A DNA stretch of 64,000 nucleotides from a virus: the IMG/VR virus record IMGVR_UViG_3300020183_005994, positions 7,362 to 71,361 of that record. One strand, written 5' to 3'. This document shows positions 19,727 through 32,400 of this stretch, piece after piece; the first letter of the stretch is position 1; each line of letters starts with the position of its first letter. The position numbers were made by a program, and so were the translations under genes. The notes beneath the pieces were generated by a model that saw nothing but the letters and a program-made list of their open reading frames with translations, was not told the DNA's origin and searched no databases.

Positions 19727-22700
19727 ATGTCATTAAAAGATCTGTTTGGAAAAACATCACAAAAAATTGTTTCTAATAAACAACTTCAAAGTTTATATGA
19801 TGAAGCAGAGTCTAAAGGTTATTTAGAAGAGTTATATGAAGATAAAAACAGATATTTACCACCAGTAGATTTTACTTCTGCTTCTAATTTTGCAAGATAT
19901 GGCTCGGCAGAAAAATATTATACCGATGCAATAAAAAATATCTATCAAAGATATCCATATGATGGTTCTAAGAAAGAAAAAATGGAATGGAGGAATAAAT
20001 CTTCCCAATTAGATCTTTATGTATTTGACAAAATTTATCCAAAAACAACTGGTTACATTAATTTAAGTGGATCAAGTACCTCAACATACACTATTGATGT
20101 ATCTAATATTTTAAGAAGCTCTTCTGCGCCACAATATGTGCTTGTTAAAGGTGGCCCAAATTCTGGAGAAGATAATAAGTTTGATTCTGGTAATATTTAT
20201 GATTTAATAAAAAACAGAGAATCAAACCTAGGCGTCACATCAATAGGTAATACTGTAGAATTTTGGTTTAAAGATAATGTAGTTTCTGGAACAGCTATTT
20301 CTAACGCAGATTACTGTTTATTTGATCTATGGAATACAATTACAAGCGGTAGTAATAATTATACAAGATTAACTATCAAGAAAAATTATAGCAATACAGA
20401 AAATAAATTTGCCGTTTCATATATTTCAGGTACTTCTGGTATAGAAATGCAAACTTTAGATTATAATTTTGATCCTTACACTTGGCATCATTACGCATTT
20501 GTTTTCAAAAATTCAGAGAGTAATTCTTCTGATTTAAATATTCAATTATTTGTAGATGGAAATTTAATATCAAACAATACATTTATTGGCAAAGGTAATA
20601 TAGGATTAGCCAATAATTATAAATCAAGAGCATATATCGGTGCTTATCAAGCAAACTCTGCAAGCGTCACTACTTTATACGATAAATTAGGTTCATGCAA
20701 CGGTTCATTTGATGAATTTAGATTTTGGAAAGAAGCCAGAACATCACAAGAAATTTCTAGATATTGGTTTACTGAAGTTGGCGGTGGCTCTAATACTGAT
20801 GATTCTAATAGTTCTTTGGGAGTGTATTATAAATTCAATGAAGGTATAATAAATTCTACTTCTATTACTAATATAGATACTTCCTGCCTCGATTATTCAG
20901 GAAGAATTAGTAATGGTATAATAAATAATTATACATTAAATACTAGAAGCACTGGTTCTGCAATAGATAGTTATTTTGGTGAAGAGATAGAAAATAAGGA
21001 TCCAATTATTTATTCTACTAATCCACTAGTTGAAACGGCGTTAAATGAATATTCTATTTCTGGTAGTGAATATGATAGTAATAATAATTCTAATATTTAT
21101 AAATCTATACCTGATTGGATAACAAATGATGCAGAAATAAATAATTCAAATGATTTATCTAATTTAGTTCAAATAATTTCTAGCTATTTTGATACATTAC
21201 ATATACAAATAGAAAATTTGCCTAAATTTAAAGAAGTTAAATATTTAAGCGAAGATAAAAAACCAAACAATTTTTTAAATAATATTTTATCTTCTTATGA
21301 TTTTGAATCCACTGAATTATTTAATAGTTTAACATTTTTAGAAGAAATATTTTCTAGAAATGAAGATACGCTTTATGAAGAAAAATTACATAATATTAAA
21401 AATATAATTTATCAAAATATTTATAATAATCTTTCATATATTTATAAAAGCAAAGGAACAGAAAAATCTTTTAGAAATCTCATTCGTTGTTTTGGTATAG
21501 ATGAAGAATTAATAAAAATTAATTTATATCCAAATAATGCAGAATATGACTTAACAAACAATAAATATAAATTTACTGTTGTTAATAAAAAATTTGTTGA
21601 TTTTAATAATTCTTCTAGTTATGAAGCAACAGTTTATCAAAAAGCTAAAGATTCTGATGATAACACAAGAGGATATTTACAAACAACAACAACCGTAGAT
21701 CAAAATTTAAATGCTTATAGATATAATATACCTATAACTGTACAAGCAGAAATATTATTTCCAAAAAAAGTAACATACGAATATAGTAATTTTTCTATTG
21801 CCGAGTTTACAGAAGTTTCTTTATTTGGTATGCACGTAACAAATGATGAAAATAATTTGTCTTGGGGCTCTGATGAATTTAATTTTCAAGTTTATGCTAT
21901 AAAACCTAATTATTTAAGTAAAAATGCATACTTTAAATTTACAGGATCTTTGGGCGGCACTGGTTTTAACTTAACCTCAAGTTATTATTTTGATGTTTAT
22001 GACAATCAAAAATGGAACTTTGCTGTTAGAGTATACCCAAATAAATTATATAATTTACTAACTACAAGCGGTAGCAATATTTCTAACTACACTATTGAAC
22101 TAATAGGTCATAATTATATTTTAGATACTAAAGTTAATGACTCTTTTATATTATCCGCGTCTATACCTGAAAATGATGCAAAAACTGCGCTATCTACTTC
22201 TAGAAGAAGAATATATGTAGGAGCACATAGACAAGATTTTAATGGAGCCGTTATAGCTAAATCTGATATAAAAGCTTCATCAATTAAAGTTTGGTATGAT
22301 TATTTAAATGACGAAGAAATATTAAATTCTGTTTTTGACACCACCAGCAGAGGCAGAATAAATCCAACGCAAAAAGTTCATTATATAAAAGATTCTGCTG
22401 TTAATTTTGCAGAAGATGCCGATGCGGCTATATTTGAAGTTACTAAAGCAGATACATTGGCTTTGCATTGGGATTTTTCTAATATATCTTCTTCTGATAT
22501 TAATGGACAATTTATTGTAGAAGATATTTCTTCTGGTTCTAAAAGCCCGCCTGTTGGATATGGATATAATTGGTTTGCACGATTGGCTCTTTTACAGCAC
22601 ACCGGTCTTGGTTATGGTTTTGATTCTAACAACGATCAAGTAATAAATAAAGAATTTATACATTCCGCAAAATTACAAAATCCAGAGGTTATCAATGCAA

Positions 22701-25700
22701 ATGATTTGATACAAAGTCCTATTACTGATGATTTAAATCGTTCTGTAAATAATAAACCAATTAATTATTATTTATCTCTTGAAAAGAGCATGTCACAAAT
22801 TATAAATGACGAAATAATTAATTGGTTTGCTACTTTACAAGAATATAATAATTCTATTGGTAGCAATATTAATAGATATAAAAATGATTATTCCGATTTA
22901 ACGCACTTAAGAACATTATTTTTTCAAAAAGTACAAAATACACCTGATTTTGAGAGATTTATTAATTTTTATAAATGGATTGATTCTTCAATATCCGATA
23001 TGTTAATTCAATTAGTACCAGCAAGTGCTAATGTTGACAATAAGGTTAAGAATGTATTAGAGAATACTCTTCTCGTAAGAAATAAATATCAAAGTAAATT
23101 ACCTTTATTTACACAAAAACGAGACATTATAGAAACATACGTTAGTAATTTTACTGATCCGTTTATTGAATCTACTGCTCCATACAATCCTTCTGGAAGC
23201 TTATGGCTTAAAAAAAGAGCAATTAGAAATTCTGAAGGTGTTAACACGCCCGGTGAACCACAAAATGATGTAGATAGAGAAATTATTAGACAAGTGTTAT
23301 TTTCTAATTCTGATAGACAAGGACCAGTTGTTTATAGTTTAGATACACAAGAGTTTTATAATAGTAAAAAAGATTTAATTAATTTCTTTTCTAAAGCAAA
23401 TAGAATTTTGGCTGAACAAATGCCGTACTATACCGGTGTTGCAATTGCTAATGTAATTTCTAATTTAAGTGGCAATTCTATTTTTACTTTTGCATCTGAG
23501 AATATTGGTAATGATACAATAATTAATTCTAGTAATAGAAAATTTAATATAGTTAGCCAGCCAATATTATATAGCACAGATATATCAGCTTCTTATACTG
23601 GTAGTGTAAAAGTGGCTAAAGCACCATATAATTTTACAAAAACTTATGAAACAGTAAATACTTCCGGAAGATTAAATAATAATAAATCGTTTGTTGTTTT
23701 AGAAGGAAATATTTCTACTTCTAGTAGTGGTCATCTTGGAACTAATGAATTCTCCAATAGAACGTTACCAATTAGACAGACTAGTAAAAAAACAATCGTA
23801 GAAAGATTTTCAGCACCGGGAGGACCAGAAGTAAATTCCAGAGGTGCTTTAGATTTAGAGGCTGAAGAATATTCTGTTTATAATAGTTTAAATAATAGAA
23901 ATTTTAGAGTTAGAAAAAATTTAAATTCTTGGTTAGCTGAAACTTCTAGTTTTGATAATGATAATCCATCATATCATAAAGTAACAAAAAATATTTATAG
24001 GTCGCCAGCAGACAACAACGGTGTTACAATAAATACAAAAAATGATAATGAATTTGTTACACACATTATTCCAAGAAGCGATAAACAATACACTTGGACA
24101 ACTGCTTCATTAACTGGCTCTTATCCATTTAGTTTTTATTTAAATGAATTATCTTATGCAGATAGCAATTATGTATTTATTAGTGCATCTTTATCTGGTA
24201 CTAATATTATAGATTTTGCGGGATTAAATACATATGTATTAAAAAATATAGATACATCTTCTAACCTTATTAGCACTGGTAGCAATTTTAATAACGATAT
24301 AAATGCTTATATATTAAACATTATTGGTCCTTATGGATATTTTCCTTATAAACAAATAAGAAATTCATATAATAAATTATCTATAGAATCTAGAAAAAAT
24401 AATAAAATTCTTGTTCAAGATCTTAATGCGGGAACAAGACAAACTATTGTTGCAGATCAAGAATTATTAGATGTTACTAGCGAATTAGCCGATAGTTTTA
24501 CAGCATATAAAGAACCAGTAGTTACTTACAATGTGCCAATGAAACATAAAGTTAATGTTACGGGTTCTGCTGATACAATAGTATTTGTTGGCCCATACGA
24601 CAACAACAAAGAACGAATTATTAATGAAGATTTGTCAGAAAGATTAAAAATTAATAGTAAAACCATCTCCGAAGCTCCACAGTTACACGACATACTATTA
24701 GATGCCGATTTAAACAACGTATATGATCCAAAACCAGAATATATTGGTGCTGAATATGGTGCTATTATTTATCCTAGAAAAATTAATGTTGGCACTAAAG
24801 AAATAAGATATAAAGAAGTATATGAAGAAATTAACGGAACAGGCAGTAATGGTAGAGATAAAAATATTGCTAGAATAAGAACTATATGGAAAGATAGTAT
24901 TGCCGATAGAGCAAGAACTAATGCATATTCATCTAGTAATGGCACTGGTTCTATTGGTTCTTTAGATATACCAACTTTTTCTTCTAGTTTAGCTACAACA
25001 GCTAGAACTGGTTCATTTTTAAATTATGTATTTGGTGCCCTAAGACCTTTTCCTAGAACAAATCATGCCTATTTGTCTGCATCATTTAATAATATTAATA
25101 GCTATGATTCTATTTGGATTGCAGATTTTTCAGAAAGTGTTGGTTTTTCTAATGCTTATGCTAGCAGCATTTCCTCGTACAATTATAACGTTTCTTCTTC
25201 AATTTATGGCGAGTTATATGGTTATAATGAATTAGAATTATTCAATATTTTAACTGCTCCTAATGAAGATGAATACACAAATAATATTGGACAAACAGTA
25301 GATGGATTTTTAATAAAAAATCCACAATTTTCTCAAGGTAAATTTAAATCTTATCATACTCCCAATAAGAATAGATATTACTTTGTTCCAAAACCATCTT
25401 TAGATTATAAAAATGCTTTTCCGTCAGTTATTAAGGGTAATTATTCATTATTTATTAAAAATAATGGAATGATTTATAAAACAGATATCATTTCTGGTAA
25501 AAAACCTTGGTATAATAGTTATAAAGAATATTTTGATAATATAAAACATTTATCTGCTGATAAAACATTAATTGCAGAATATAAAATTTCTCCTTTTATG
25601 GATTATTATATTGTTTCTGAGGCAGGTAATTTTTTATCTAATATAACTGGTGGATATTTATCATTAGATGGAGCAACAGTAGATTTTTATAATACAGGTT

Positions 25701-28492
25701 CAAATTATAATGTTACTGATAAATTATCAAATTTTTTGCTTACAGACTTAGAAAAAAATAACACTCCTTCTAATTTAACCAAAAAAATTTATATTAAACT
25801 AAATGGTGTTAAAAAATTATTACCATATAAGGGATTTTATCCACAAGAAAGAGCGATCCAAATAGTAGATTTATTTCAAAAATCTTTTTTTAATTTATCT
25901 TTAGAACAATTAACTGGAACAATATATTCAAATAAAGATTTTTATCATGATACAGTTATTACCGGATATGCTACCGGAACCCAAGGACCACCTCTTAACT
26001 ATCAAATTGCTACACTATTGCAACCATTTTTTTCTCCCGGTATATTATTTAATAGTATAAAATCTGGTTTAGCGGTAGATTGGCCTGTATATTATGGTAA
26101 ACCTGAAAGTAATGATAATTTAGTTGGTAATAATTTTCAAACTAATTTATTTAACCCTCAATACATTAATTCTTATATTCCCCAATATGACACTCCTAGA
26201 TTGGCGCAGAATTATAAAATAGTTGATGTTATAAGTAACAATTTTACTGGATCATATCCATATTTTTATAGCACTGGTTCATGGGGTTCTGGTGGCTCAG
26301 AAAAGAATGGTTACTGTGAAGAAATGCCATTTTATTGTTCTGGAAAATATGACAATAGAGCACCTTTTGAATCATTACTAGATATTAATCTAGCTTTTAC
26401 TAATCCATTATTTGTTTACCAATTTGATAATTTAGTTCTATATTATATAGATCCAAGTAGACAAGGATATAATTATTTTAGTGGTAGTAGTGCTAATGGT
26501 ATTATATTGCCAACATCATCATTAAGATATCCATATTATCCATTAAAAGATGCAAATCATACTATTAAAAAAGATACAATTTTTAATGATAATAGATATT
26601 ATCTAGCTATCAATAATTATTTAGCAGAAATACCAAACTTTTTTTTAAAAAACAATTCTTTAACAACTATTAAATCAAACAAACAGAATGAATTTTCCGA
26701 ATTTATCAAAGATAAAAAATATGAAATGTATTTGAGCTTAGAAAAGAGTAGTGATTTAAAAACAGTACTGGATATAGGTGCTAGTGCATACGCAAATAAT
26801 ATTACATACAGCGGTTTTCCATATAAATCAGATTATCCAACAATGCCCGCCGCTTCAACATTTGGTCCTCCTACGCAATTTACAAAAAATTTAAGCAATT
26901 TAGTTGGATATATATCTCCAACTGATTTATATTCTCAAGAATCATTTTCTTCATATGTTCCAAGTTATTGGTATGGTAAAACTATATTAAAAATGTCTTT
27001 TACGCCTACAGATACAAGAAAATATGAATTAGATGAAATTTTTAATTCATTAGTTTTAGAGGAAATACCAGATGGTCTTAATAACATTTTTTCTTCTAGT
27101 GTATTTTTAAATGCCGATGTTTCTAATCTTAACGTAAATACAATTTCTTCTAGACCCGCTTATATTAAAAGAATGCCATTAACAAGTTCTTTTAATATAA
27201 AACAAAAATCTGTTGATAAAATAGTAAAATATAACCCAGATGGAAAACCATTAGAAGTTACTGATAATACCGATTCTTCTTTATCAAGATGGGTAATACA
27301 AACAAAATTTGAAAGTCCAATATTAAATTTTAATAATGATAGCAATATAAATTATGCGGAATGTAAAACACTTGTCACAAGTTCAACAATTGATTTTACT
27401 CACAGTGCTTATGAAATAAATTCTATTGGTATGTGGTCAGGTTATGGCTCCATACCTGATACTAATTCTGGTGTTTCTATAGAAGTTTTAGATCCTTATA
27501 AAGATTCTCCTTTTACGGCTCCAACACAAAGTTTGGCAAAAGCAGTTGGTTTTAGTCCTCAAAAAGAATATTTAGGAAAAATAGCAGAAACAAAAGAAAT
27601 TTCTGAAGCTGTATTACTAATACCATATTTAGAAAGAAAAGACGGTACAGATCCTCAAATGTTGTTAAACCCAGAAAATGTATCTGGTCCTTATTATTTT
27701 AAAATCAATATTGATACTATAAATAAACTTTTAAAATTAAATTTTGATGACTCTAATTTACCCGTTTCACTAATACAAAATAGAATTGAAAAATTATTTA
27801 ATAATGAAGGGCAAGATGTGCTTGATGGTTTTTCTACCGTTATTACGGAAAAATCAGAACCCATCTTAACAGGCAAAGGTAGACCTATTGCGGGTATCGC
27901 TGCAAGTGAAGGAAAAACAACTGCTGTTACTACAAGTAGAACTGAAAGAAAAATTTCTATTCCTACAAATCAAAGCTCTATAGTAAAAACTATAAAAAAT
28001 TTATTAGATTACAATGTACCACCATTATTAGATTGGGTAGTAAATAGAAACGCTGTAAAACCTTTTATTATGTATTTTGCTGAATTTAAAACCCAGCTTA
28101 ATAAACAAGATTTATCAGATATTTGGCAAGGCTTGGCACCGCGTATAGCATTAACACCAGAAATAGACGACGAACCAGTTATTATTGAACATCCATTGAA
28201 CGAAAATGAATTGTTTGAAGGAAAAATATTGCCAAATAATATTAAATGGCAAGTTTTTAAAGTAAAGAAAAAAGCTAATAAAAATTATTATTCGCTAACA
28301 GCAGACTCAAAAGATGACCTTAGATATAAATTTGAATTTGCTGGGGTAAGTAAAACACCAGAATATTCTTATAATTGGCCTTATGATTTCTTTTCTTTAG
28401 TTGAACTAGTTAATATTGAAGCTGGTTATAAAGTTGAGGCAGTAGAAAAAATAGATACAGCTGAACGCCGAGATTTAACAACAGAAGAATAA
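19727..28492 (+). CDS. Very large baseplate wedge protein (gp7/gpI-like) with LamG/concanavalin-A lectin-like domains
   Basis: TVEFWFK, WHHYAFV, LFVDG, GSFDEFRFW and YYKFNEG (LamG); IYKSKGT..SFRNLIRCFG (wedge motif); a second LamG-like unit follows. Confidence 0.7.
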   Translation: MSLKDLFGKTSQKIVSNKQLQSLYDEAESKGYLEELYEDKNRYLPPVDFTSASNFARYGSAEKYYTDAIKNIYQRYPYDGSKKEKMEWRNKSSQLDLYVFDKIYPKTTGYINLSGSSTSTYTIDVSNILRSSSAPQYVLVKGGPNSGEDNKFDSGNIYDLIKNRESNLGVTSIGNTVEFWFKDNVVSGTAISNADYCLFDLWNTITSGSNNYTRLTIKKNYSNTENKFAVSYISGTSGIEMQTLDYNFDPYTWHHYAFVFKNSESNSSDLNIQLFVDGNLISNNTFIGKGNIGLANNYKSRAYIGAYQANSASVTTLYDKLGSCNGSFDEFRFWKEARTSQEISRYWFTEVGGGSNTDDSNSSLGVYYKFNEGIINSTSITNIDTSCLDYSGRISNGIINNYTLNTRSTGSAIDSYFGEEIENKDPIIYSTNPLVETALNEYSISGSEYDSNNNSNIYKSIPDWITNDAEINNSNDLSNLVQIISSYFDTLHIQIENLPKFKEVKYLSEDKKPNNFLNNILSSYDFESTELFNSLTFLEEIFSRNEDTLYEEKLHNIKNIIYQNIYNNLSYIYKSKGTEKSFRNLIRCFGIDEELIKINLYPNNAEYDLTNNKYKFTVVNKKFVDFNNSSSYEATVYQKAKDSDDNTRGYLQTTTTVDQNLNAYRYNIPITVQAEILFPKKVTYEYSNFSIAEFTEVSLFGMHVTNDENNLSWGSDEFNFQVYAIKPNYLSKNAYFKFTGSLGGTGFNLTSSYYFDVYDNQKWNFAVRVYPNKLYNLLTTSGSNISNYTIELIGHNYILDTKVNDSFILSASIPENDAKTALSTSRRRIYVGAHRQDFNGAVIAKSDIKASSIKVWYDYLNDEEILNSVFDTTSRGRINPTQKVHYIKDSAVNFAEDADAAIFEVTKADTLALHWDFSNISSSDINGQFIVEDISSGSKSPPVGYGYNWFARLALLQHTGLGYGFDSNNDQVINKEFIHSAKLQNPEVINANDLIQSPITDDLNRSVNNKPINYYLSLEKSMSQIINDEIINWFATLQEYNNSIGSNINRYKNDYSDLTHLRTLFFQKVQNTPDFERFINFYKWIDSSISDMLIQLVPASANVDNKVKNVLENTLLVRNKYQSKLPLFTQKRDIIETYVSNFTDPFIESTAPYNPSGSLWLKKRAIRNSEGVNTPGEPQNDVDREIIRQVLFSNSDRQGPVVYSLDTQEFYNSKKDLINFFSKANRILAEQMPYYTGVAIANVISNLSGNSIFTFASENIGNDTIINSSNRKFNIVSQPILYSTDISASYTGSVKVAKAPYNFTKTYETVNTSGRLNNNKSFVVLEGNISTSSSGHLGTNEFSNRTLPIRQTSKKTIVERFSAPGGPEVNSRGALDLEAEEYSVYNSLNNRNFRVRKNLNSWLAETSSFDNDNPSYHKVTKNIYRSPADNNGVTINTKNDNEFVTHIIPRSDKQYTWTTASLTGSYPFSFYLNELSYADSNYVFISASLSGTNIIDFAGLNTYVLKNIDTSSNLISTGSNFNNDINAYILNIIGPYGYFPYKQIRNSYNKLSIESRKNNKILVQDLNAGTRQTIVADQELLDVTSELADSFTAYKEPVVTYNVPMKHKVNVTGSADTIVFVGPYDNNKERIINEDLSERLKINSKTISEAPQLHDILLDADLNNVYDPKPEYIGAEYGAIIYPRKINVGTKEIRYKEVYEEINGTGSNGRDKNIARIRTIWKDSIADRARTNAYSSSNGTGSIGSLDIPTFSSSLATTARTGSFLNYVFGALRPFPRTNHAYLSASFNNINSYDSIWIADFSESVGFSNAYASSISSYNYNVSSSIYGELYGYNELELFNILTAPNEDEYTNNIGQTVDGFLIKNPQFSQGKFKSYHTPNKNRYYFVPKPSLDYKNAFPSVIKGNYSLFIKNNGMIYKTDIISGKKPWYNSYKEYFDNIKHLSADKTLIAEYKISPFMDYYIVSEAGNFLSNITGGYLSLDGATVDFYNTGSNYNVTDKLSNFLLTDLEKNNTPSNLTKKIYIKLNGVKKLLPYKGFYPQERAIQIVDLFQKSFFNLSLEQLTGTIYSNKDFYHDTVITGYATGTQGPPLNYQIATLLQPFFSPGILFNSIKSGLAVDWPVYYGKPESNDNLVGNNFQTNLFNPQYINSYIPQYDTPRLAQNYKIVDVISNNFTGSYPYFYSTGSWGSGGSEKNGYCEEMPFYCSGKYDNRAPFESLLDINLAFTNPLFVYQFDNLVLYYIDPSRQGYNYFSGSSANGIILPTSSLRYPYYPLKDANHTIKKDTIFNDNRYYLAINNYLAEIPNFFLKNNSLTTIKSNKQNEFSEFIKDKKYEMYLSLEKSSDLKTVLDIGASAYANNITYSGFPYKSDYPTMPAASTFGPPTQFTKNLSNLVGYISPTDLYSQESFSSYVPSYWYGKTILKMSFTPTDTRKYELDEIFNSLVLEEIPDGLNNIFSSSVFLNADVSNLNVNTISSRPAYIKRMPLTSSFNIKQKSVDKIVKYNPDGKPLEVTDNTDSSLSRWVIQTKFESPILNFNNDSNINYAECKTLVTSSTIDFTHSAYEINSIGMWSGYGSIPDTNSGVSIEVLDPYKDSPFTAPTQSLAKAVGFSPQKEYLGKIAETKEISEAVLLIPYLERKDGTDPQMLLNPENVSGPYYFKINIDTINKLLKLNFDDSNLPVSLIQNRIEKLFNNEGQDVLDGFSTVITEKSEPILTGKGRPIAGIAASEGKTTAVTTSRTERKISIPTNQSSIVKTIKNLLDYNVPPLLDWVVNRNAVKPFIMYFAEFKTQLNKQDLSDIWQGLAPRIALTPEIDDEPVIIEHPLNENELFEGKILPNNIKWQVFKVKKKANKNYYSLTADSKDDLRYKFEFAGVSKTPEYSYNWPYDFFSLVELVNIEAGYKVEAVEKIDTAERRDLTTEE

Positions 28493-28496
28493 AAAA

Positions 28497-29468
28497 ATGT
28501 CTTTTTTTGATAGTAAAGAAGAAATAATTGATGTGCAACTAACCTCTTATGGAAAATATTTACTTTCTATAGGTAAGTTGAAACCTTATTATTACGCATT
28601 TTATGATGATGAAATATTATATGACTCTAAATACGCTAACTTCAGCGAATCACAAAATTCTATTGAAGAAAGAATATTTAATGAGACACCCACATTAAAA
28701 ACACAGTATAATTTTTCTTCTATTGATACAACAAAGCAATTAGAACAAAGAATAGTTGTTGATCTAGATGAAATTAAACTTACTAAAATACAAGAAAATA
28801 TAGACAAAAACTATGCTTTAACGCTTCCTATAGGCAGATCTTCAGGCAATTCAGAATCATATCCGGCGTGGTCTATTAGATTTATAGAAGGATCCATTTC
28901 CTCTTCTCAACAATATATTGATAATAGCGATGGAGAATCAAAAACGTTACAACCATTTTTAAGAATACCACAAATTAATGCCACCGATAGTTTATATACT
29001 ATAAGAATACAAAAAGATTTTAATGAATTAGAGCCAAAATATTTTCCTTTAGCAACCGTAAGTGACAATCGAGGAATTGGTTATACAATTGGACTTTCAA
29101 CAGAAACTTTATTATTAGATGTTAATGAATTAAATGTTGATAATTTAAAAGAAAATTTTGATATTGAATTTTTTATTGAAGATACATCTGGAAACAATAC
29201 AAAATATTGGAGAGCATTAAAAATGTTAAAAAAAGATGTATTTATAAAAAATAATATTTTGTTAGATATGCCAGAAAAATATCCTAATATTTTCCAAATT
29301 GGTATAGAAAATGATAATTCAATTGTTGACCATTATTTAGAAGTTTTAGTAGATGATGAAATAGAATTACCAGCCAAAACAACTGCCAATATTAAAGCAT
29401 ATGATACCGACGTTACCGATGCAGTAGGTCCATTTAATAAAGATTGTCCTCCGGGGGTTGATTGTTAA
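28497..29468 (+). CDS. Baseplate/tail structural protein, paralogous at its N-terminus to 35105
   Basis: DVQLTSYGKYLLSIG...YAFYDDEILY. Confidence 0.6.
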   Translation: MSFFDSKEEIIDVQLTSYGKYLLSIGKLKPYYYAFYDDEILYDSKYANFSESQNSIEERIFNETPTLKTQYNFSSIDTTKQLEQRIVVDLDEIKLTKIQENIDKNYALTLPIGRSSGNSESYPAWSIRFIEGSISSSQQYIDNSDGESKTLQPFLRIPQINATDSLYTIRIQKDFNELEPKYFPLATVSDNRGIGYTIGLSTETLLLDVNELNVDNLKENFDIEFFIEDTSGNNTKYWRALKMLKKDVFIKNNILLDMPEKYPNIFQIGIENDNSIVDHYLEVLVDDEIELPAKTTANIKAYDTDVTDAVGPFNKDCPPGVDC

Positions 29469-29469
29469 A

Positions 29470-32400
29470 ATGTTTATTAACTTTACACAAAATCAAATAA
29501 CTAATATAAGAAATGAAGTATTTCCTGCCCCAGAAGCTTCTACTAATAGCACTTTCTATATTTCTCAAATAACAATTAATTCTTTAGGTTCTTCTTATGA
29601 CGAAGGATCGACATTGACTTGTGATTTTTTTGTTACAATAAGAGATGAACTATCAAAACCAAAAATTTTTCGTGAAGAAAAAGCAAAAAAATTTATGAAG
29701 TTGAGAGTTTTCCAAATTCTTTCTTCTGAAATGCAAAATAAGTTAGCGGGAATACCAAATATATTTGCATTGGATGATTTATTAAATAAATATGGTTCAA
29801 AATATGTAGATATGAACGCAGGAGTTGCTTTTTTTGGTAGCAAAAACGATGTAAACGAGCATTATGTAGAATATACATCAGAACAAGATACAACTGGGAT
29901 TGTACATTTAAGATATAAAAATAGTTTATTTTTTAATAAAAATAATTTTGGGGATACTCCAAATTTAAATAATATTTCATATTTTGGTTTAGGAGCTGTT
30001 TTATTTTATGATATTAGAGAATATATTAAAGAAAATGAAATATTAGAACAATTTTCTTTTAAAGATACTTTTATAAGTAATATAGCAATTTATGATTTAA
30101 TAGTTAATGGTGACAATGTTAGACCGCAAATTTTAAGAGATTTAAGAGTTGTAAATACTACGTTTTTACAAAATAGTAGTTTAAATAGATTGATAAATGA
30201 ACAAAATAAACTAGGAATTTTGACTAAAAAACCAACAGATAAAAATTCTGAAAAAGTTAATAGTTTTTTTTCTAACTTATATTTATCAAAAGTTTTTGGT
30301 GTTGTAAATGGCGAAAAAAAAATATATGCCTCTGGTTTTTTTGATATTGATTTTAACAGTATGATATATGAAAATTCGCCGTATAAAAGATATTTTAAAA
30401 ATTTATCTTTTGACACTTTTTTATCACTCCAAAGATATTCAGAAATAAAATCAATAAATATTCTTAGAAAAAAAATAAAAAAATATAAAAATACTAATTC
30501 TGTTAAAATAATAAATGATCTTTATGGTTTTAAAACAATTATTTCTTCTGGTGAATCAAATGAACAATATAGTATATCAACAATTGATGCTTATGAAGGA
30601 TATATAGAAGAAATACAAAAAAATAACGGCGAGCTTGCTAATCGCCTTGCTTATAGAACTATACATTTCTTGGACAAAAATATTGGCAATGAAAACAATG
30701 GAACATATCAATATGGATTGCAAATACAATATGTTGACCGTTTAAAACAATATGTCATAAATAATATAATTCCTAACTTAAGAAGTTCATTAATAAATTT
30801 AAAACTGTATTTAAATGAAACAAATAATTTTATTAAAACTTCTAATTATACTAGAGCGCTAAATAGTAATTTATTATATAATATATCATTAAAAAATGGT
30901 TATTATGATACTTTGACTGATAGATTTACATATGCTTTTTCTAATGACGCTAATGGACCCTATAGACAAAAATATTCTATTTCTAATAGAGTAGCAATAT
31001 TAAACTATTTATCTGCTGCGAGTTTTTTTGGTTTATTAAAAGAGGAAATAATTGTTGATCAAAAAACTGGTCAAACAAAAATAATAAGTTATGAAAATGA
31101 TGTTTTAGAATCGTTAAATAATTTGTTAAATCCAGATTTTGCTAATATTCAAAGCATCAGTTATTGCGTTCAGGTATTTGAAAAATTAATAAATATGTTA
31201 CAAAATATAATTAATTCTACCGGTTCAAGCAATTGTACAATAGATTATTGGTTTAATAATGAATATTATGAAATAGATACTCAATTATATCGTTCAAAAA
31301 GTGATAAATTGATGCCAAGCAGGGGTTATAAATTTTTACCAGATATAAATGATAATAAGTTGCAAGCAGACGATTTAAAAGCTGTGTTTGAAAGAAATGT
31401 TGATTCTTATATTGTAGATTCTAGTAAAGATATTGTTTTAAAAAATGATACTGTGAAAATTTGTCTAGGGCCGTCTAGCATATATAATAAAGAAAATTCT
31501 TTAGACATATCATTAGAATCAAGAGAAAATATTCTTACTTATCCATCACCTATATTTTCTAATTTAGAAGAAAGTATAAAAAAAGAAAAAATGTTTAATT
31601 ATAGTACAAATGAATATTACAAAGATAATGGAGATGATATAGAAAAAAACAGACAAAAATTTTCTGATTTATTAAGCAATTACTCTATTACGATTTCTAA
31701 GCCTCTGTATACTCAGGATGAAAAAACCGATCTTGAAAATAATCTATATTTTATAGAAAATAAAGATAAACTTCAGCCATACTTAATAAATAATATTTTA
31801 TTAAAATCTATAAATACAAATAATAAAAAATTTAATTTATCTTCAAAAACACAAAAAAATCCATTTTCAACTATTACTAGAAACTTGCCTAATAATAATC
31901 AAGACTTTAGACAATTTCTAATTACTAATCGTTCTGAACTGCAAAAATATGTGCTTCAATCTTCTTTTCAAGTTTTTTCTATTATTAGTTTAAAAAATAT
32001 ATTATTTAATAGAGATAATAGCAATACTACAAATAATGATCCAAGAAATTTTGTAAAAAATATTATACAAAATTCTAAATATAATTTATTATTTGGTACA
32101 ATACATAAAGTGCAATATCTTGAATATAATTCTGTACAAACTAAAAATATGATAAAAGCAGATAATTGGAAAGATTTAGATGTTGCAACACTTAACCAAA
32201 TTCTTTCTTTTCCAGACTCTGTTCCAGTACTTTGTAGATTAATATCTGCCGATTTAGATGGTATTTATACGGATGTTTCTATGCCAATTTTTAATAAATA
32301 TTTTTTATTAATTGCAGGAGATCTTAAAACGAATGTTGCTAGAGATGTTCCGGAATTAACTATAGAAAATATAGAATTTGAAAATAAAATTTTAGATTTT

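Noticed and set aside
31005-31012. CTATTTAT copy in the middle of gene 29470
   Set aside because: It is far from any start codon, and such hits are expected by chance in AT-rich DNA.
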